Source: Rhodoluna sp.
GTDB taxonomy: Bacteria > Actinomycetota > Actinomycetes > Actinomycetales > Microbacteriaceae
Reading direction: 5' to 3'
Assembly: GCA_044232805.1 (NCBI GenBank)
Contig: JBIILG010000001.1
Location: 32,898 to 96,897 of the forward strand
Length of the DNA stretch: 64,000 nt
Notes under the pieces: generated by a model
The model's database searches: none
The model's input: only the letters and a program-made list of their open reading frames with translations
Told to the model about the DNA's origin: nothing
Translations under genes and position numbers: made by a program
In this document: positions 17,315-29,192 of the stretch, in pieces
Layout: every line of letters begins with the position of its first letter
Numbering within the stretch: position 1 is the stretch's first letter

Positions 17315-18086
17315 TTACTTCTGCGGGGGTTGATGCGAGGCTTTCGTTAAACATGAGTAGGCTCTTGGTGGCGCTTACGTCTGCTCCGTTACTAGAAGCC
17401 CAAGAAGCCCAGGCGTAAATGTCCTTTGGTAGGCACTTGCTATTTGCGGCTCTGCGATCGGGATAAACGAATGTCCACCAAAGGTCAAACCTTGGGTCAT
17501 CTCCATACACTGCGTCTCTGATTGTGTAATAGTCGACTCCGGCGGCCTCGCACGCTCCATACAGCTCCTGAACTTGCATGAGTTTGTAAAAGATTGCCCT
17601 ATTCTCCGAGAGTTTAATTACCTCGGCCTCTAGTGCCGTAACCTGCCTGATATTAATGTTGGCGTTGTAAACCGAGGCATACGCCTCTATAACTTCTCTT
17701 CTATCCTCCGGTTCTCCGCCGAGAATCATGAAGGGGGGTTGTTTGTTATCGGCGAAGGGATGGTTTTCAGATTCACCAAAATACTCGGGCTGAACTACAA
17801 TCCTCTTGTTGTATTTCTTGACCATTCGGTCCGCAAACCCTGGATTGGTGGCGGATCGAATAACTAAGACGCGGGCTCCGCAATTTCGTACAGCGTCCTC
17901 TATTTCTGTTTCGTTTAAAGCTGGGCCAGAAAGATCGGTTGGCACTGCGATGAAAGCCAAATCACAACCTGAAAGATCTTCTTTTCGGCCACTATATTTA
18001 TCAAATATTAGAGCGTTGGGGAAAAGTTTGTGCATTCTATTTCCAAGAACGCCGTAGCCGACAATTCCAATTTGAGTATTTGTCAA
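17307..18086 (-). CDS. Short UDP-glucose/GDP-mannose dehydrogenase-like protein
   Basis: 259-aa ORF with the N-terminal IGIVGYGVLGNRM NAD-binding motif. The central KLSENRAIFYKLMQVQELYGACEAAGVDYYTIRDAV resembles the dimerisation/central domain of the UGDH family. The C-terminal UDP-binding domain appears to be missing. Confidence 0.45.
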   Translation of the reverse strand: MTNTQIGIVGYGVLGNRMHKLFPNALIFDKYSGRKEDLSGCDLAFIAVPTDLSGPALNETEIEDAVRNCGARVLVIRSATNPGFADRMVKKYNKRIVVQPEYFGESENHPFADNKQPPFMILGGEPEDRREVIEAYASVYNANINIRQVTALEAEVIKLSENRAIFYKLMQVQELYGACEAAGVDYYTIRDAVYGDDPRFDLWWTFVYPDRRAANSKCLPKDIYAWASWASSNGADVSATKSLLMFNESLASTPAEVIA

Positions 18087-18180
18087 AACAATGGTCCTAT
18101 TTACGACCCCGGGTTATTCCCCAAACAAAGGCTACCTTAAGTTTATTCAATGTGGGTTTTGGGCTGCAGGAATACTTTTG

Positions 18181-18253
18181 TGGAGACTAGGGGGGTCGAA
18201 CCCCTGACCCCCTGCTTGCAAAGCAGGTGCTCTACCAACTGAGCTAAGTCCCC
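18181..18253 (-). tRNA. tRNA-Ala (anticodon UGC)
   Basis: Minus strand reads GGGGACTTAGCTCAGTTGGTAGAGCACCTGCTTTGCAAGCAGGGGGTCAGGGGTTCGACCCCCCTAGTCTCCA, with the G3:U70 identity pair, anticodon loop TTTGCAA and T loop TTCGACC. Confidence 0.9.
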
Positions 18254-18316
18254 GGATCGTTAGATCTGGTATTTCTTGGTCGGAACCATCACCTCTAATG
18301 AAGAGATGCTCCCTGG

Positions 18317-18390
18317 TGGGCCTAGGAGGACTTGAACCTCCGACCTCTTCATTATCAGTGAAGCGCTCTAACCACCTGAGCTATAGGCCC
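18317..18390 (-). tRNA. tRNA-Ile (anticodon GAU); a 3' CCA is encoded at 18314-18316
   Basis: Minus strand reads GGGCCTATAGCTCAGGTGGTTAGAGCGCTTCACTGATAATGAAGAGGTCGGAGGTTCAAGTCCTCCTAGGCCCA followed by CCA. The anticodon loop is CTGATAA. Confidence 0.9.
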
Positions 18391-18461
18391 ATAGAGCTTC
18401 ATTGAGTCTAATACATTCAAAAACAATGCTCAAACCGCTTGAAGCCAAACCAGTTGTGAAT

Positions 18462-18899
18462 CTAGTTGTTGCTTGTGAAGCTAACCGCAATACCGCCAGT
18501 AATCTTGCCAATTACATTGAAGATCATGGCGTAAACAGTTGCCAAAGATGTTCCTACGAATACGTTGAAAATTGAGAAACCAAAAGCAAAAGACATAACT
18601 CGGGGTAAAGAAAGCTCTTGTTCGATGTCAACTCCACCATCACCAAAGGCACCTGCTAGCAGCGTGTTAAAGGAAGCAAACAAGCCCAGCTGACCCACTA
18701 CAAGCCACATGGCAAGGAAACCAACTATTGTTGCGACTCCCGCAGCAACGGTTACAAAAAACCCTGCCTTGGCCGCTGACCAAACTTCGATGTTCACAAG
18801 CCTTAGTTTCACTCTTTTTTGGTCTGCGCTTGGGTTTGGGCGGAGCTTAAATCTGCTTAGAGATTTCAGTTTCGATTTCCTTGACGGGGCTTCACTCAT
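18462..18899 (-). CDS. DUF3566-type membrane protein (position and features of the mycobacterial Rv0007 homolog)
   Basis: 145-aa ORF with a basic N-terminus and then two TM helices. It lies between gyrA and tRNA-Ile/tRNA-Ala, as in other actinobacteria. Confidence 0.6.
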   Translation of the reverse strand: MSEAPSRKSKLKSLSRFKLRPNPSADQKRVKLRLVNIEVWSAAKAGFFVTVAAGVATIVGFLAMWLVVGQLGLFASFNTLLAGAFGDGGVDIEQELSLPRVMSFAFGFSIFNVFVGTSLATVYAMIFNVIGKITGGIAVSFTSNN

Positions 18900-21390
18900 T
18901 CTCTATTGAACCTTCCAAGTTGCGCTCTGAGTTTTTTGCTAGTCCTATAACTGAGTCCGCCTCGTCAAATCTGGCAAACACCACTCCCATGGTGTCCCGG
19001 CCCTTGGCCGGTACCTCGCTAACAGCGGACCTGACAACTTTACCGCTAGCGAGCACAACTAGCACCTCGTCGGCTTCAGAGCAGATGATGGCACCCACTA
19101 AATCACCGCGTTTTTCCTCTAGTTTGGCTACCTTGATGCCCAAACCACCGCGGTTTTGTGGGCGATATTGATCCACGGCAGTTCGCTTGGCATAGCCACC
19201 TTCGGTGGCTATAAATACGTAAGAATCAGCGATGTCGTTGATAACCGTTGCGGACAACAATTCGTCGCCCTTGCGGAAGTTCATACCGATGTTTCCTGAT
19301 GTGTCACGACCCATTGGGCGAAGTGATTCATCAGATGCGGAGAATCTAATTGACATGCCCTTGCGTGAAACCAGCAATAGGTCATCTGATTCTGAAACCA
19401 ACATGGCCGAGATAACTTCGTCGTTGCCTTTTAGCTTGATGGCGATGATTCCACCAGATCTTGGGGTGTCGTAAGACTCAAGTTCTGTTTTCTTCACCAG
19501 CCCCGACTTTGTTGCGAGAACAAGGTAAGGGGCTTGGTTGTAATCTCTGATATCCAGGATCGATGCGATCTGCTCATCTGGTTGCAAAGCCAACAAGTTC
19601 GCAACATGCTGCCCCTTTGCGTCACGCCCTGCTTCCTGAACTTCATAAGCCTTGGCTCGGTAAACACGACCTTTATTGGTGAAGAACAACAGCCAATGGT
19701 GAGTAGTGGTAACAAAGAAGTGAAGTACTACATCGTCTGCTCTGAGCGATGCTCCCTTGACGCCCTTACCTCCACGGTGTTGGCTGCGGTAATTGGTGCT
19801 CTTGGTTCGCTTGATGTAACCACCGCGGGTGACAGTAATAACCATTTCCTCTACAGGAATTAGATCTTCGGTAGAGACATCGTCATCGCCACCGGATTGA
19901 ATTTGGGAGCGTCGCTCATCGCCGTGCTTCTCAACAACCTCAACCAATTCAGTTTTTATGATTTCGCGCTGTTTCTTAGGGCTCGCGATGATGGCTTTGT
20001 AATCCTTTATTTCAAGCTCTAAGGCAGCTGCTTCGTCGATTATCCTTTGGCGCTCAAGGGCAGCAAGTTGACGTAGCTGCATGTTCAAAATTGCACGAGC
20101 TTGCAGCTCATCAATCTTGAGGAGCTTCATCAAGCCCTCTTTGGCAACATCCGCGTTCTCACTCTTTCGAATAAGGGCGATGACGGCGTCGAGTGCATCA
20201 AGGGCCTTTAGGTAACCACGAAGGATATGAGCTCTTTCTTCAGCCTTTTTAAGTCTGAAGTTAGTTCTTCTGACAATCACATCGACCTGGTGGTTTACCC
20301 AGTGAGAAATGAAGCCATCCAGAGAGAGTGTCCTTGGGACACCGTCGACAAGTGCCAACATGTTGGCACTGAAGTTATCTCTTAGTTGGGTGTACTTATA
20401 CAAGTTGTTTAGAACAACTCTTGCAACAGCATCTCGCTTTAGGACAACGATTAGTCTCTGCCCGGTACGACCAGAGGTTTCGTCTCTGATGTCTGCGATT
20501 CCGCTTAGCTTTCCTTCTTTGACTAGCTCTGCAATTTTTTGAGCCAGGTTGTCAGGGTTTACTTGATATGGAAGCTCGGTAACAACAAGACAGGTTCTTC
20601 CCTGAAGTTCTTCGACGTTTACGATTGCTCGCATGGTGATCGAACCACGGCCAGTGCGGTACGCGTCTTCGATACCTCGACGACCGATGATTTCTGCACC
20701 GGTTGGAAAGTCTGGGCCCTTGATGCGTTGCATCAATGCGGATAGTAATTCTTCTTCGGTAGCCTCTGGGTTCTCCAGATACCAGATCGCGCCCTCGGCG
20801 ACCTCGCGCAGATTGTGAGGAGGAATGTTGGTGGCCATACCAACGGCAATACCAATTGAACCATTTATTAAAAGATTTGGGATCCTGCTTGGCAGGATTG
20901 TTGGCTCTTGAGTTCTACCGTCGTAGTTATCTTGGAAATCAACTGTGTCTTCGTCGATGTCACGAACCATCTCCATGGCAAGTGGAGCCATCTTGCATTC
21001 GGTATATCTAGGAGCAGCTGCGGGGTCGTTTCCAGGAGACCCAAAGTTTCCTTGTCCAAGAACAAGTGGATAACGAAGGTTCCAAGATTGAACAAGTCTT
21101 ACCAAGGTGTCATAAATAGCGGTGTCACCGTGCGGGTGGTACTGACCCATAACGTCACCGACAACACGAGAGCACTTTGAGAACTGTTTGTCTGGTCGGT
21201 ATCCCCCGTCATACATCGCATACAAAACTCTGCGGTGGACTGGCTTTAGTCCGTCTCTAACATCCGGTAACGCGCGTCCGACAATGACGCTCATGGCGTA
21301 GTCGAGGTAGCTTCGCTGCATCTCTACTTGTAGGTCTACCTGCTCAACGTGGTCCATACGAGGCTCTGGTGCTTCTGTCTTATCTGCCAT
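18892..21390 (-). CDS. gyrA: DNA gyrase subunit A
   Basis: 832-aa ORF with [27 protein letters not shown], the HPHGD (QRDR) motif and C-terminal beta-pinwheel repeats. Confidence 0.97.
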   Translation of the reverse strand: MADKTEAPEPRMDHVEQVDLQVEMQRSYLDYAMSVIVGRALPDVRDGLKPVHRRVLYAMYDGGYRPDKQFSKCSRVVGDVMGQYHPHGDTAIYDTLVRLVQSWNLRYPLVLGQGNFGSPGNDPAAAPRYTECKMAPLAMEMVRDIDEDTVDFQDNYDGRTQEPTILPSRIPNLLINGSIGIAVGMATNIPPHNLREVAEGAIWYLENPEATEEELLSALMQRIKGPDFPTGAEIIGRRGIEDAYRTGRGSITMRAIVNVEELQGRTCLVVTELPYQVNPDNLAQKIAELVKEGKLSGIADIRDETSGRTGQRLIVVLKRDAVARVVLNNLYKYTQLRDNFSANMLALVDGVPRTLSLDGFISHWVNHQVDVIVRRTNFRLKKAEERAHILRGYLKALDALDAVIALIRKSENADVAKEGLMKLLKIDELQARAILNMQLRQLAALERQRIIDEAAALELEIKDYKAIIASPKKQREIIKTELVEVVEKHGDERRSQIQSGGDDDVSTEDLIPVEEMVITVTRGGYIKRTKSTNYRSQHRGGKGVKGASLRADDVVLHFFVTTTHHWLLFFTNKGRVYRAKAYEVQEAGRDAKGQHVANLLALQPDEQIASILDIRDYNQAPYLVLATKSGLVKKTELESYDTPRSGGIIAIKLKGNDEVISAMLVSESDDLLLVSRKGMSIRFSASDESLRPMGRDTSGNIGMNFRKGDELLSATVINDIADSYVFIATEGGYAKRTAVDQYRPQNRGGLGIKVAKLEEKRGDLVGAIICSEADEVLVVLASGKVVRSAVSEVPAKGRDTMGVVFARFDEADSVIGLAKNSERNLEGSIENE

Positions 21391-21405
21391 GGTTTTCTTT
21401 CTCTC

Positions 21406-23466
<2,061 letters not shown>

Positions 23467-23589
23467 TTACGAAATGCTCCTCTAGTAACGAGTTAGTTCC
23501 ACATAACAGCGCAATGCGACTTAAATTCGGGTTTGCTAACGTTTCTATTTTACCTTGTCTAAAGAGCAAATTTTCAAGGTTAGGGAAAT

Positions 23590-24075
23590 CTATCCGTAGG
23601 TGTCTCTTGGTCCTCGACCAGGAACTGATCTTGAGCCTTTTTTCCAACTTGGTGCGTCTGGACCAATGAAGGAAATATTGGAGATTTTTAGCTCTGGAAA
23701 TGCAGCCTCGATTTTCTCCAAAATCTGATTTTGCATCAGACGCAATTCGGTAGCCCAAGCGGTCGATTTACAGCGAATTGTTAACTTGCCATTATTCAAG
23801 GTTTCAGGTTGTGAATTCTTTGCGTTAATTTCACCCACAATTTCCCCCCAGCGAACAAATAGCTCCGCTTCCTCTAGCTGCGATTGCCAACGAAAATCAT
23901 GCATTAGAGAGTCGATGGTATTTCCCGCCGGGACCGGGTCACGACCAGAATCAAAGGGTTTGGAGCGAATTTTCTTCTTTTCTATGATTCGCTTCTGGTC
24001 CCTGGATACCCTGCCGGTAACGGCAGCCTTCATGGCGTAATAGAAGTCGACTGCAAAGCTGTTGTCTTCAGGCAT
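23590..24075 (-). CDS. DUF721 domain protein (DciA-like; position of Rv0004)
   Basis: 161-aa ORF between recF and gyrB with WGEIVGEINAKNSQPETLNNGKLTIRCKSTAWATELR, typical of DUF721. It overlaps the recF stop by 8 nt. Confidence 0.75.
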   Translation of the reverse strand: MPEDNSFAVDFYYAMKAAVTGRVSRDQKRIIEKKKIRSKPFDSGRDPVPAGNTIDSLMHDFRWQSQLEEAELFVRWGEIVGEINAKNSQPETLNNGKLTIRCKSTAWATELRLMQNQILEKIEAAFPELKISNISFIGPDAPSWKKGSRSVPGRGPRDTYG

Positions 24076-25231
24076 GTGTCACCTTCCCAGACTCCACTTG
24101 AAACTTGTTGGCAAGCAAATTGTTGGGGACATCCTCTATTACCGCGGCTGTGATTAGCACCTGTTCATTTTGCTGCACTAGGTCCGAAAGTTTCTCTCTG
24201 CGGTCTTTATCTAGCTCAGCAAACACGTCGTCGAGAATCAAGATTGGATCCCCTAGCTTTGATTCGCTTTTTAGAATCTCAAGCGATGCGAGCTTGAGGG
24301 AAAGAGCGTAGGACCAACTCTCCCCATGGCTTGCATAACCTTTTGCAGGAAGGGAGCCGAGGTTTAGCTGAAGATCGTCGCGGTGTGGGCCAACTAGTGT
24401 GATGCCGCGCTCAAGTTCCTTTTGGCGAAGGAGAGACAGTTTTTGCTGGAACAAATGGGAGATTTCTTCTTTATTAGTTGTATCTAGAGCATCCTGAGTC
24501 TCAAGATCATCTTGATCAAGCTTGCTTGATTCCACCACTGAAGATCGAATAAACATGCCCGGTTCGTTATTGCTTTTGGCGATGTTTTGGTAGTTGGTCA
24601 CAAGTGGTGGTGAGAGTTTCTCGGTTATGGCAACTCGTGTAGCGATGATTTCGGTTCCGTTTTTAACCAGTGCTTGATCCCAGGCATCCAAGGTGGATAA
24701 AGCATCTCCCTTAGTGCCAGTGGCTCTGGCAGATTTCAAGAGGGTGTTTCTTTGTTTTAGAACACGGTCATAATCGGCATAAACACCTTGCATCCGGGGG
24801 TTGAACTGAACAATCAGTTGGTCTAGAAAAGCCCTTCTGTTACTTGGGTCGCGCTTTACTATGTCTAGGTCTTCGGGGGCAAAGATTACTGAGTTCAGGT
24901 AACCCAGTATGTCTTTGGTTTTGGCAACCTCAGACTTATTGAGTCTGGCCCTGTTTGATGAATCTGCGTTGATCTCATACTCGAGAAGTAAGTCCCTGCT
25001 TTCATGAGATAACTCAAGGGAGATAATCGCAGTTGATTTACCCTGCTTGATTAGTGGGGTGTGCCCAGCCACTCGATGTGAATCCAGCGCGGCAAAGAAA
25101 TTCAGGGCTTCAACCAGGTTGGTTTTTCCTTGGCCGTTTGGGCCGTAGATCAGATTTACACCGGAAGTAAACTCAATGTCTGCTGACTCGTAGTTTCTAA
25201 AGTTGGTGAGTTTTACTCGCTTTGCAAACAT
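24068..25231 (-). CDS. recF: DNA replication and repair protein RecF
   Basis: 387-aa ORF with FRNY near the N-terminus, Walker A GPNGQGKTNLVEAL, and the SMC-like signature and Walker B (ILILDDVFAELD). Confidence 0.95.
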   Translation of the reverse strand: MFAKRVKLTNFRNYESADIEFTSGVNLIYGPNGQGKTNLVEALNFFAALDSHRVAGHTPLIKQGKSTAIISLELSHESRDLLLEYEINADSSNRARLNKSEVAKTKDILGYLNSVIFAPEDLDIVKRDPSNRRAFLDQLIVQFNPRMQGVYADYDRVLKQRNTLLKSARATGTKGDALSTLDAWDQALVKNGTEIIATRVAITEKLSPPLVTNYQNIAKSNNEPGMFIRSSVVESSKLDQDDLETQDALDTTNKEEISHLFQQKLSLLRQKELERGITLVGPHRDDLQLNLGSLPAKGYASHGESWSYALSLKLASLEILKSESKLGDPILILDDVFAELDKDRREKLSDLVQQNEQVLITAAVIEDVPNNLLANKFQVESGKVTHA

Positions 25232-25258
25232 CTTCTCGAGAGAGCTTTATTTGTCTTT

Positions 25259-26401
25259 TTAGCGGCCAAGAAGATTTGGTTGCAAAAGATACATGTAGCT
25301 ATCGCTAGCCGATTTTTCTTTTGCCTGGTGGTTGGTAATTAGAACTGGACTTGGTCTATTTGGGTTGTCGCTATTGGTAAAGCCAATTTTCACAAACTCA
25401 GTCTTAACACCAGCTAAACCATCTATCAAGAATTGTGGCTTTAGAGAAACTGTTACATCTGGACCGGTGACTTGAACATCAATGCTTTCAGAGGCTTGGG
25501 CGGTTTCGCCGCCAGCGGCCTCTAGATTCAAGGAAGTTGAGCTGAATACGTACTTGATTGGACTTTCTCGTTCTAGCACCAGGGAAACTCGCTTGGTTGA
25601 ATCTAGTAAATCCTGCGTGTTGATGATCGCGAAGTTTTCAATCTTTTCCGGGAATAAGGTTTTTACTGCGGGAAAGTTTCCTTTGATAAGTCTTGAAGTA
25701 ACGGAGCGATTGTTTGCCTTAAAAGCAATCAAATCTTTCTCATCAGATGGGTTAATTGAAATTGAAACTTCCCCTTGGTTAGCAAATGTCTTGGCGATTT
25801 CCTGCAGGGTTTTTGCTGGAATTAATGCTGTCTGATTAGCACCAGGGGTTTTTGACTTCCAAGGGATATCTTGAACCGCCACACGGTAACGATCTGTTGC
25901 TACAAGAGAAATGTTGTCACTCGAGGTTTCAAGTAGAACTGTTGTGAGAACTGGTGTCACATCCTCTTTGGAAGCCGCAACAGAAATCTGGGAAATGGCA
26001 GAAGCGAAGTCTTCACCAGAAACTTGACCTGAAGTTTCCGGAATCGCTGGAAGTGTTGGATACTCATCAATTGGCATGGTTAGCAGTGAGAATTTGGCTG
26101 AGCCACAATTCACTTGAACTTTTGACCCATCGGTTGCAAAATCAACAACTGAGTTGGGGAGTTTATTTACGATCTCGGCTAGAAGGCGACCAGAAACTAA
26201 CACCCTGCCAGACTGTTCTATTTTGGCCGCTATTTCTACCTGGGCTGAGGTGTCGTAGTCAAAGACCGATAACCGGAGGTTACTAGCATCTGCCTCGATA
26301 AGGATTCCACTAAGGATTGGGAGGGTGGTTCTTTGAGGGAGTAATCTCACCGCAAACGACACAGCCTCGTTTAGTACGTCTTTATTGACTTGAAACTTCA
26401 A
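25259..26401 (-). CDS. dnaN: DNA polymerase III beta sliding clamp
   Basis: 380-aa ORF with MKFQVNKDVL...LPILSGILIEA, the three-domain length, and a position between dnaA/oriC and recF. Confidence 0.95.
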   Translation of the reverse strand: MKFQVNKDVLNEAVSFAVRLLPQRTTLPILSGILIEADASNLRLSVFDYDTSAQVEIAAKIEQSGRVLVSGRLLAEIVNKLPNSVVDFATDGSKVQVNCGSAKFSLLTMPIDEYPTLPAIPETSGQVSGEDFASAISQISVAASKEDVTPVLTTVLLETSSDNISLVATDRYRVAVQDIPWKSKTPGANQTALIPAKTLQEIAKTFANQGEVSISINPSDEKDLIAFKANNRSVTSRLIKGNFPAVKTLFPEKIENFAIINTQDLLDSTKRVSLVLERESPIKYVFSSTSLNLEAAGGETAQASESIDVQVTGPDVTVSLKPQFLIDGLAGVKTEFVKIGFTNSDNPNRPSPVLITNHQAKEKSASDSYMYLLQPNLLGR

Positions 26402-26697
26402 TTGGTTCCCCTCCTAGTAGGTCTTCAATCTTGGCACATTTTTATAATGGTTTTAGACCAGTAGTTTTATAAGGGTTATAGATCTACTTAGAAGCTATTT
26501 AAGTAATAATCACATTAACCCTTGTTGAAACTGTGGATAACTAGCTACATCCCTTTATTTCCTAAGAAACTACATCTTTGAAACTTGTTTACACAGTTGT
26601 GGATAAACCTGTGTATAAGCACCTATCCTGTTGACTTTAACTGTCCACAGGGTTGGTTTTTGGCCTTAAATCAGCCAATTACACACTTATCCACAGG
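26402..26697. other. Chromosomal replication origin (oriC), dnaA-dnaN intergenic region
   Basis: DnaA boxes are present: TGTGGATAA at 26532-26540 and 26598-26606, TGTGTATAA at 26610-26618, CTGTCCACA at 26641-26649, TTATCCACA at 26687-26695, and TTATCCACG at 26698-26706 (overlapping the dnaA stop). An AT-rich stretch lies at about 26440-26530. This location is canonical for actinobacterial oriC. Confidence 0.85.
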
Positions 26698-28116
26698 TTA
26701 TCCACGGGACTTTTGCTTAACTCTGTTGAGGATCTCGGTGACCTGGTTATAAAGCGCCCTACGCTCCTTCATTAGGTCTGTAACCTTCTTGTTTGCATAC
26801 ATCACTGTGGTGTGATCCCGGTTTCCAAACAGTTGGCCAATCTTTGGAAGCGACAAGTTGGTCTGTTCCCTAATCAAATACATGGCAATCTGCCTTGCTT
26901 GGGCCACAGCTTGCTGCCTCGAGGAGCCAAAAAGGTCACTTGGGGTGATTGAGTAATACTTTGACACCTCCGCGATGATGTCGTTGGGGACGATAATGTT
27001 CTGCTCCCCTAAAGGGACAACATCCTTTAGGACTATCTGAACGAGGTTCATATCCACCCTGGTTCTGTTTAGGGCAGCGAAGGCTGTGACTCGAATCAAA
27101 GTGCCTTCAAGTTCACGGATATTGGAGGCAACACGAGCGGCCATATACTCAAGGATCTCGTCTGGGACCTTGATTTTCTCGTTCTCGGCCTTTTTCCTAA
27201 GAATGGCGATTCGGGTTTCTAGCTCAGGAGCCTGGATGTCAGTGATTAGACCCCATTCAAACCTGGAAAGCATCCGCTCCTCAAAACCTGTTAACTCTTT
27301 TGGCTGCAAATCAGAGGTGATGACAACCTGCTTGTTGTGATCATGCAGAGTGTTGAAGGTGTGGAAAAAGGCTTCTTGGGTCTGGTCTTTTCCTTGAAGG
27401 AATTGGATATCGTCAATCAGAAGAACATCAATATCCCGATATTCAGCCTGAAAGGCCGAGCTTCGGTTGTTCTGGATGGCGTTAATGAAGTCATTTGTGA
27501 ACTCTTCGGAGGAAACGTACCGAACCTTGATTTTTGGATAAAGACTGAGGGCGTAGTGGCCAATGGCGTGCAGAAGGTGAGTCTTGCCAAGACCAGACCC
27601 ACCATAAATGAAGAGCGGGTTGTATGCCTTTGCCGGAGTTTCCGAAACGGCAAAAGCTGCGGCGTGGGCAAAGCGGTTGGAACCTCCGGTTACGAAGTTA
27701 TCGAAGTTATATTTAGGGTTTAATCTGGTGTCAAAAACTACCCCAACAGACCCGGTTTTTCTAGGGTATTCCTCAGACTGAAGGGATGGTGCGGATCCAA
27801 TTGGAAAGACATTTTCAGGGGTCTCAGAAACGTTGGTTTTTCCCTCAATGTCTGGGTTTACCACAACGGCAAAGTTAGTTGGCCCGCCCATGAGAGCGCC
27901 CTCTTGCAAAACCTCAAGGATGTCGGTTCGGATCCGCTGCTCTAGCATTCCGCGGGTGAGGTCATTTGGAACCTCCAAATACAGAGTGTCCGCTAGGACA
28001 CCCTTTGGTTCCACAAGGGTCAAAAAACCCACAAGTTGGGGGCTGAGGGATCCTTTGGTTGTGAGTCTTGAAACTACCGATGTCCATTGTTTTGCAACTT
28101 CGTCTAACTCACTCAC
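26698..28116 (-). CDS. dnaA: Chromosomal replication initiator DnaA
   Basis: 472-aa ORF with FDNFV, Walker A GGSGLGKTHLLHAIG, LLIDDIQFL, and a C-terminal DNA-binding domain (GNRDHTTVMYA). Confidence 0.97.
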   Translation of the reverse strand: MSELDEVAKQWTSVVSRLTTKGSLSPQLVGFLTLVEPKGVLADTLYLEVPNDLTRGMLEQRIRTDILEVLQEGALMGGPTNFAVVVNPDIEGKTNVSETPENVFPIGSAPSLQSEEYPRKTGSVGVVFDTRLNPKYNFDNFVTGGSNRFAHAAAFAVSETPAKAYNPLFIYGGSGLGKTHLLHAIGHYALSLYPKIKVRYVSSEEFTNDFINAIQNNRSSAFQAEYRDIDVLLIDDIQFLQGKDQTQEAFFHTFNTLHDHNKQVVITSDLQPKELTGFEERMLSRFEWGLITDIQAPELETRIAILRKKAENEKIKVPDEILEYMAARVASNIRELEGTLIRVTAFAALNRTRVDMNLVQIVLKDVVPLGEQNIIVPNDIIAEVSKYYSITPSDLFGSSRQQAVAQARQIAMYLIREQTNLSLPKIGQLFGNRDHTTVMYANKKVTDLMKERRALYNQVTEILNRVKQKSRG

Positions 28117-28145
28117 TTAGATCCCCCTCTCGTCAATTTGAATAG

Positions 28146-28186
28146 TTTTCCACATAATTAACAAACATTTTTAGGGTTGTGGAAAA
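28146..28186. promoter_or_regulatory. Inverted pair of DnaA boxes upstream of dnaA (autoregulation and/or origin flank)
   Basis: TTTTCCACA at 28146-28154 and TGTGGAAAA at 28178-28186 lie in the dnaA-rpmH divergent intergenic region. Confidence 0.55.
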
Positions 28187-28416
28187 CATCGAACACCAGA
28201 CAAGTAGTCAACTGAAATCTAGGATTAAAAGCAAATCCAAGATTTGTGAATGTGATTTTTCTAGACAAAAAATTGGTAGGTTTTCGACTTGACCAAACAC
28301 CCCTCGAGGCTCTAGATTTGAGAGGTTGCGCTGTAGCAAGGAACCAACAGCCCAATAAAATAAAGGCCACTAGCCGACTCACCTGGTTCCTAAATAAATT
28401 TTCGGAGTGTATTCAA

Positions 28417-28554
28417 ATGAGCAAGCGCACTTACCAGCCAAATAACCGTCGTCGCTCAAAAAAGCACGGCTTCAGACTTCGCATGGCAACCCGCGCCGGC
28501 AGGGCAATTTTGGCTGCACGTCGTCGCAAGGGTCGCAAAGAACTTTCGGCCTAA
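28417..28554 (+). CDS. rpmH: 50S ribosomal protein L34
   Basis: 45 aa: [45 protein letters not shown]. The track ORF (28246..28554) is an upstream read-through of the same frame; the ATG at 28417 gives the conserved length. Confidence 0.95.
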   Translation: MSKRTYQPNNRRRSKKHGFRLRMATRAGRAILAARRRKGRKELSA

Positions 28555-28562
28555 AAACCAAA

Positions 28563-28889
28563 ATGCTGGATCGGTCCAACCGACTAGTTCGAGGCGATGA
28601 CTTTCGCAAGATAATGCGAATCGGCAAAAAACAATCCACCAGCCATTTGGTCGGGTATCGACTAATCGAAGAAGACCAACCTAAAAAATTCGGGTTGGTG
28701 GTTTCGAAGGCAAGTGGCGGAGCTGTCAAGAGGAATCTTTTGAAAAGAAGACTTAGGAGCCTAGTGAGGAAGCAATTGGAGTCTTTTCCCGCTGGCTCCC
28801 AGGTTGTGCTCAGAACCCTCCCGGGCAGCGCGGAACTTGATTTTCAGCAGCTTTCCGAAGATTTTGAGAAGGTCTGCGGGCTGAAATGA
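28563..28889 (+). CDS. rnpA: Ribonuclease P protein component
   Basis: 108-aa basic ORF directly after rpmH, with RLVRGDDFRKIMR and KRNLLKRRLR motifs. Confidence 0.9.
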   Translation: MLDRSNRLVRGDDFRKIMRIGKKQSTSHLVGYRLIEEDQPKKFGLVVSKASGGAVKRNLLKRRLRSLVRKQLESFPAGSQVVLRTLPGSAELDFQQLSEDFEKVCGLK

Positions 28890-29188
28890 ATGCCTTGTGG
28901 ACAATTTGGCTGGTTCCTAGGAACCTGGTTGTTTTGTTCCTCAAGGGGTACAGGAAGTTTATATCTCCGCTTTATGGAGATGTTTGCAGGTACTACCCGA
29001 CCTGTTCGGCTTATGGCTTAGGCCAAATCCAACAGCGGGGAGTGATTGTTGGTAGCGTGTTGACAACGGTAAGGATTGTCAGATGCAACCCTTGGTCCCA
29101 AGGGGGAATTGACCAGGTCAAGCCCTCAAACCAGAGGTTTTTTGTGCTAGAAAACGGCTTTGTTTCGCCAAAGCCCCAAGGAAGGTAA
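28886..29188 (+). CDS. yidD: Membrane protein insertion efficiency factor YidD
   Basis: 100-aa ORF with YRKFISPLYGDVCRYYPTCSAYG. It overlaps rnpA by 4 nt. Confidence 0.9.
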   Translation: MNALWTIWLVPRNLVVLFLKGYRKFISPLYGDVCRYYPTCSAYGLGQIQQRGVIVGSVLTTVRIVRCNPWSQGGIDQVKPSNQRFFVLENGFVSPKPQGR

Positions 29189-29192
29189 TTAG

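Noticed and set aside
18181-18390. The tRNA-Ile(GAU) plus tRNA-Ala(UGC) pair as a sign of an rRNA operon spacer
   Set aside because: No 16S or 23S sequence flanks them. The order gyrA, DUF3566 protein, tRNA-Ile, tRNA-Ala is the conserved actinobacterial arrangement (as downstream of Rv0007 in M. tuberculosis).
28158-28416. ORF 28158..28382 (-) and the 5' extension of the rpmH ORF (28246..28416)
   Set aside because: Both lie in the dnaA-rpmH intergenic region, which carries DnaA boxes and promoters. L34 is universally about 45 aa and starts at 28417. The minus-strand ORF has no recognisable features.
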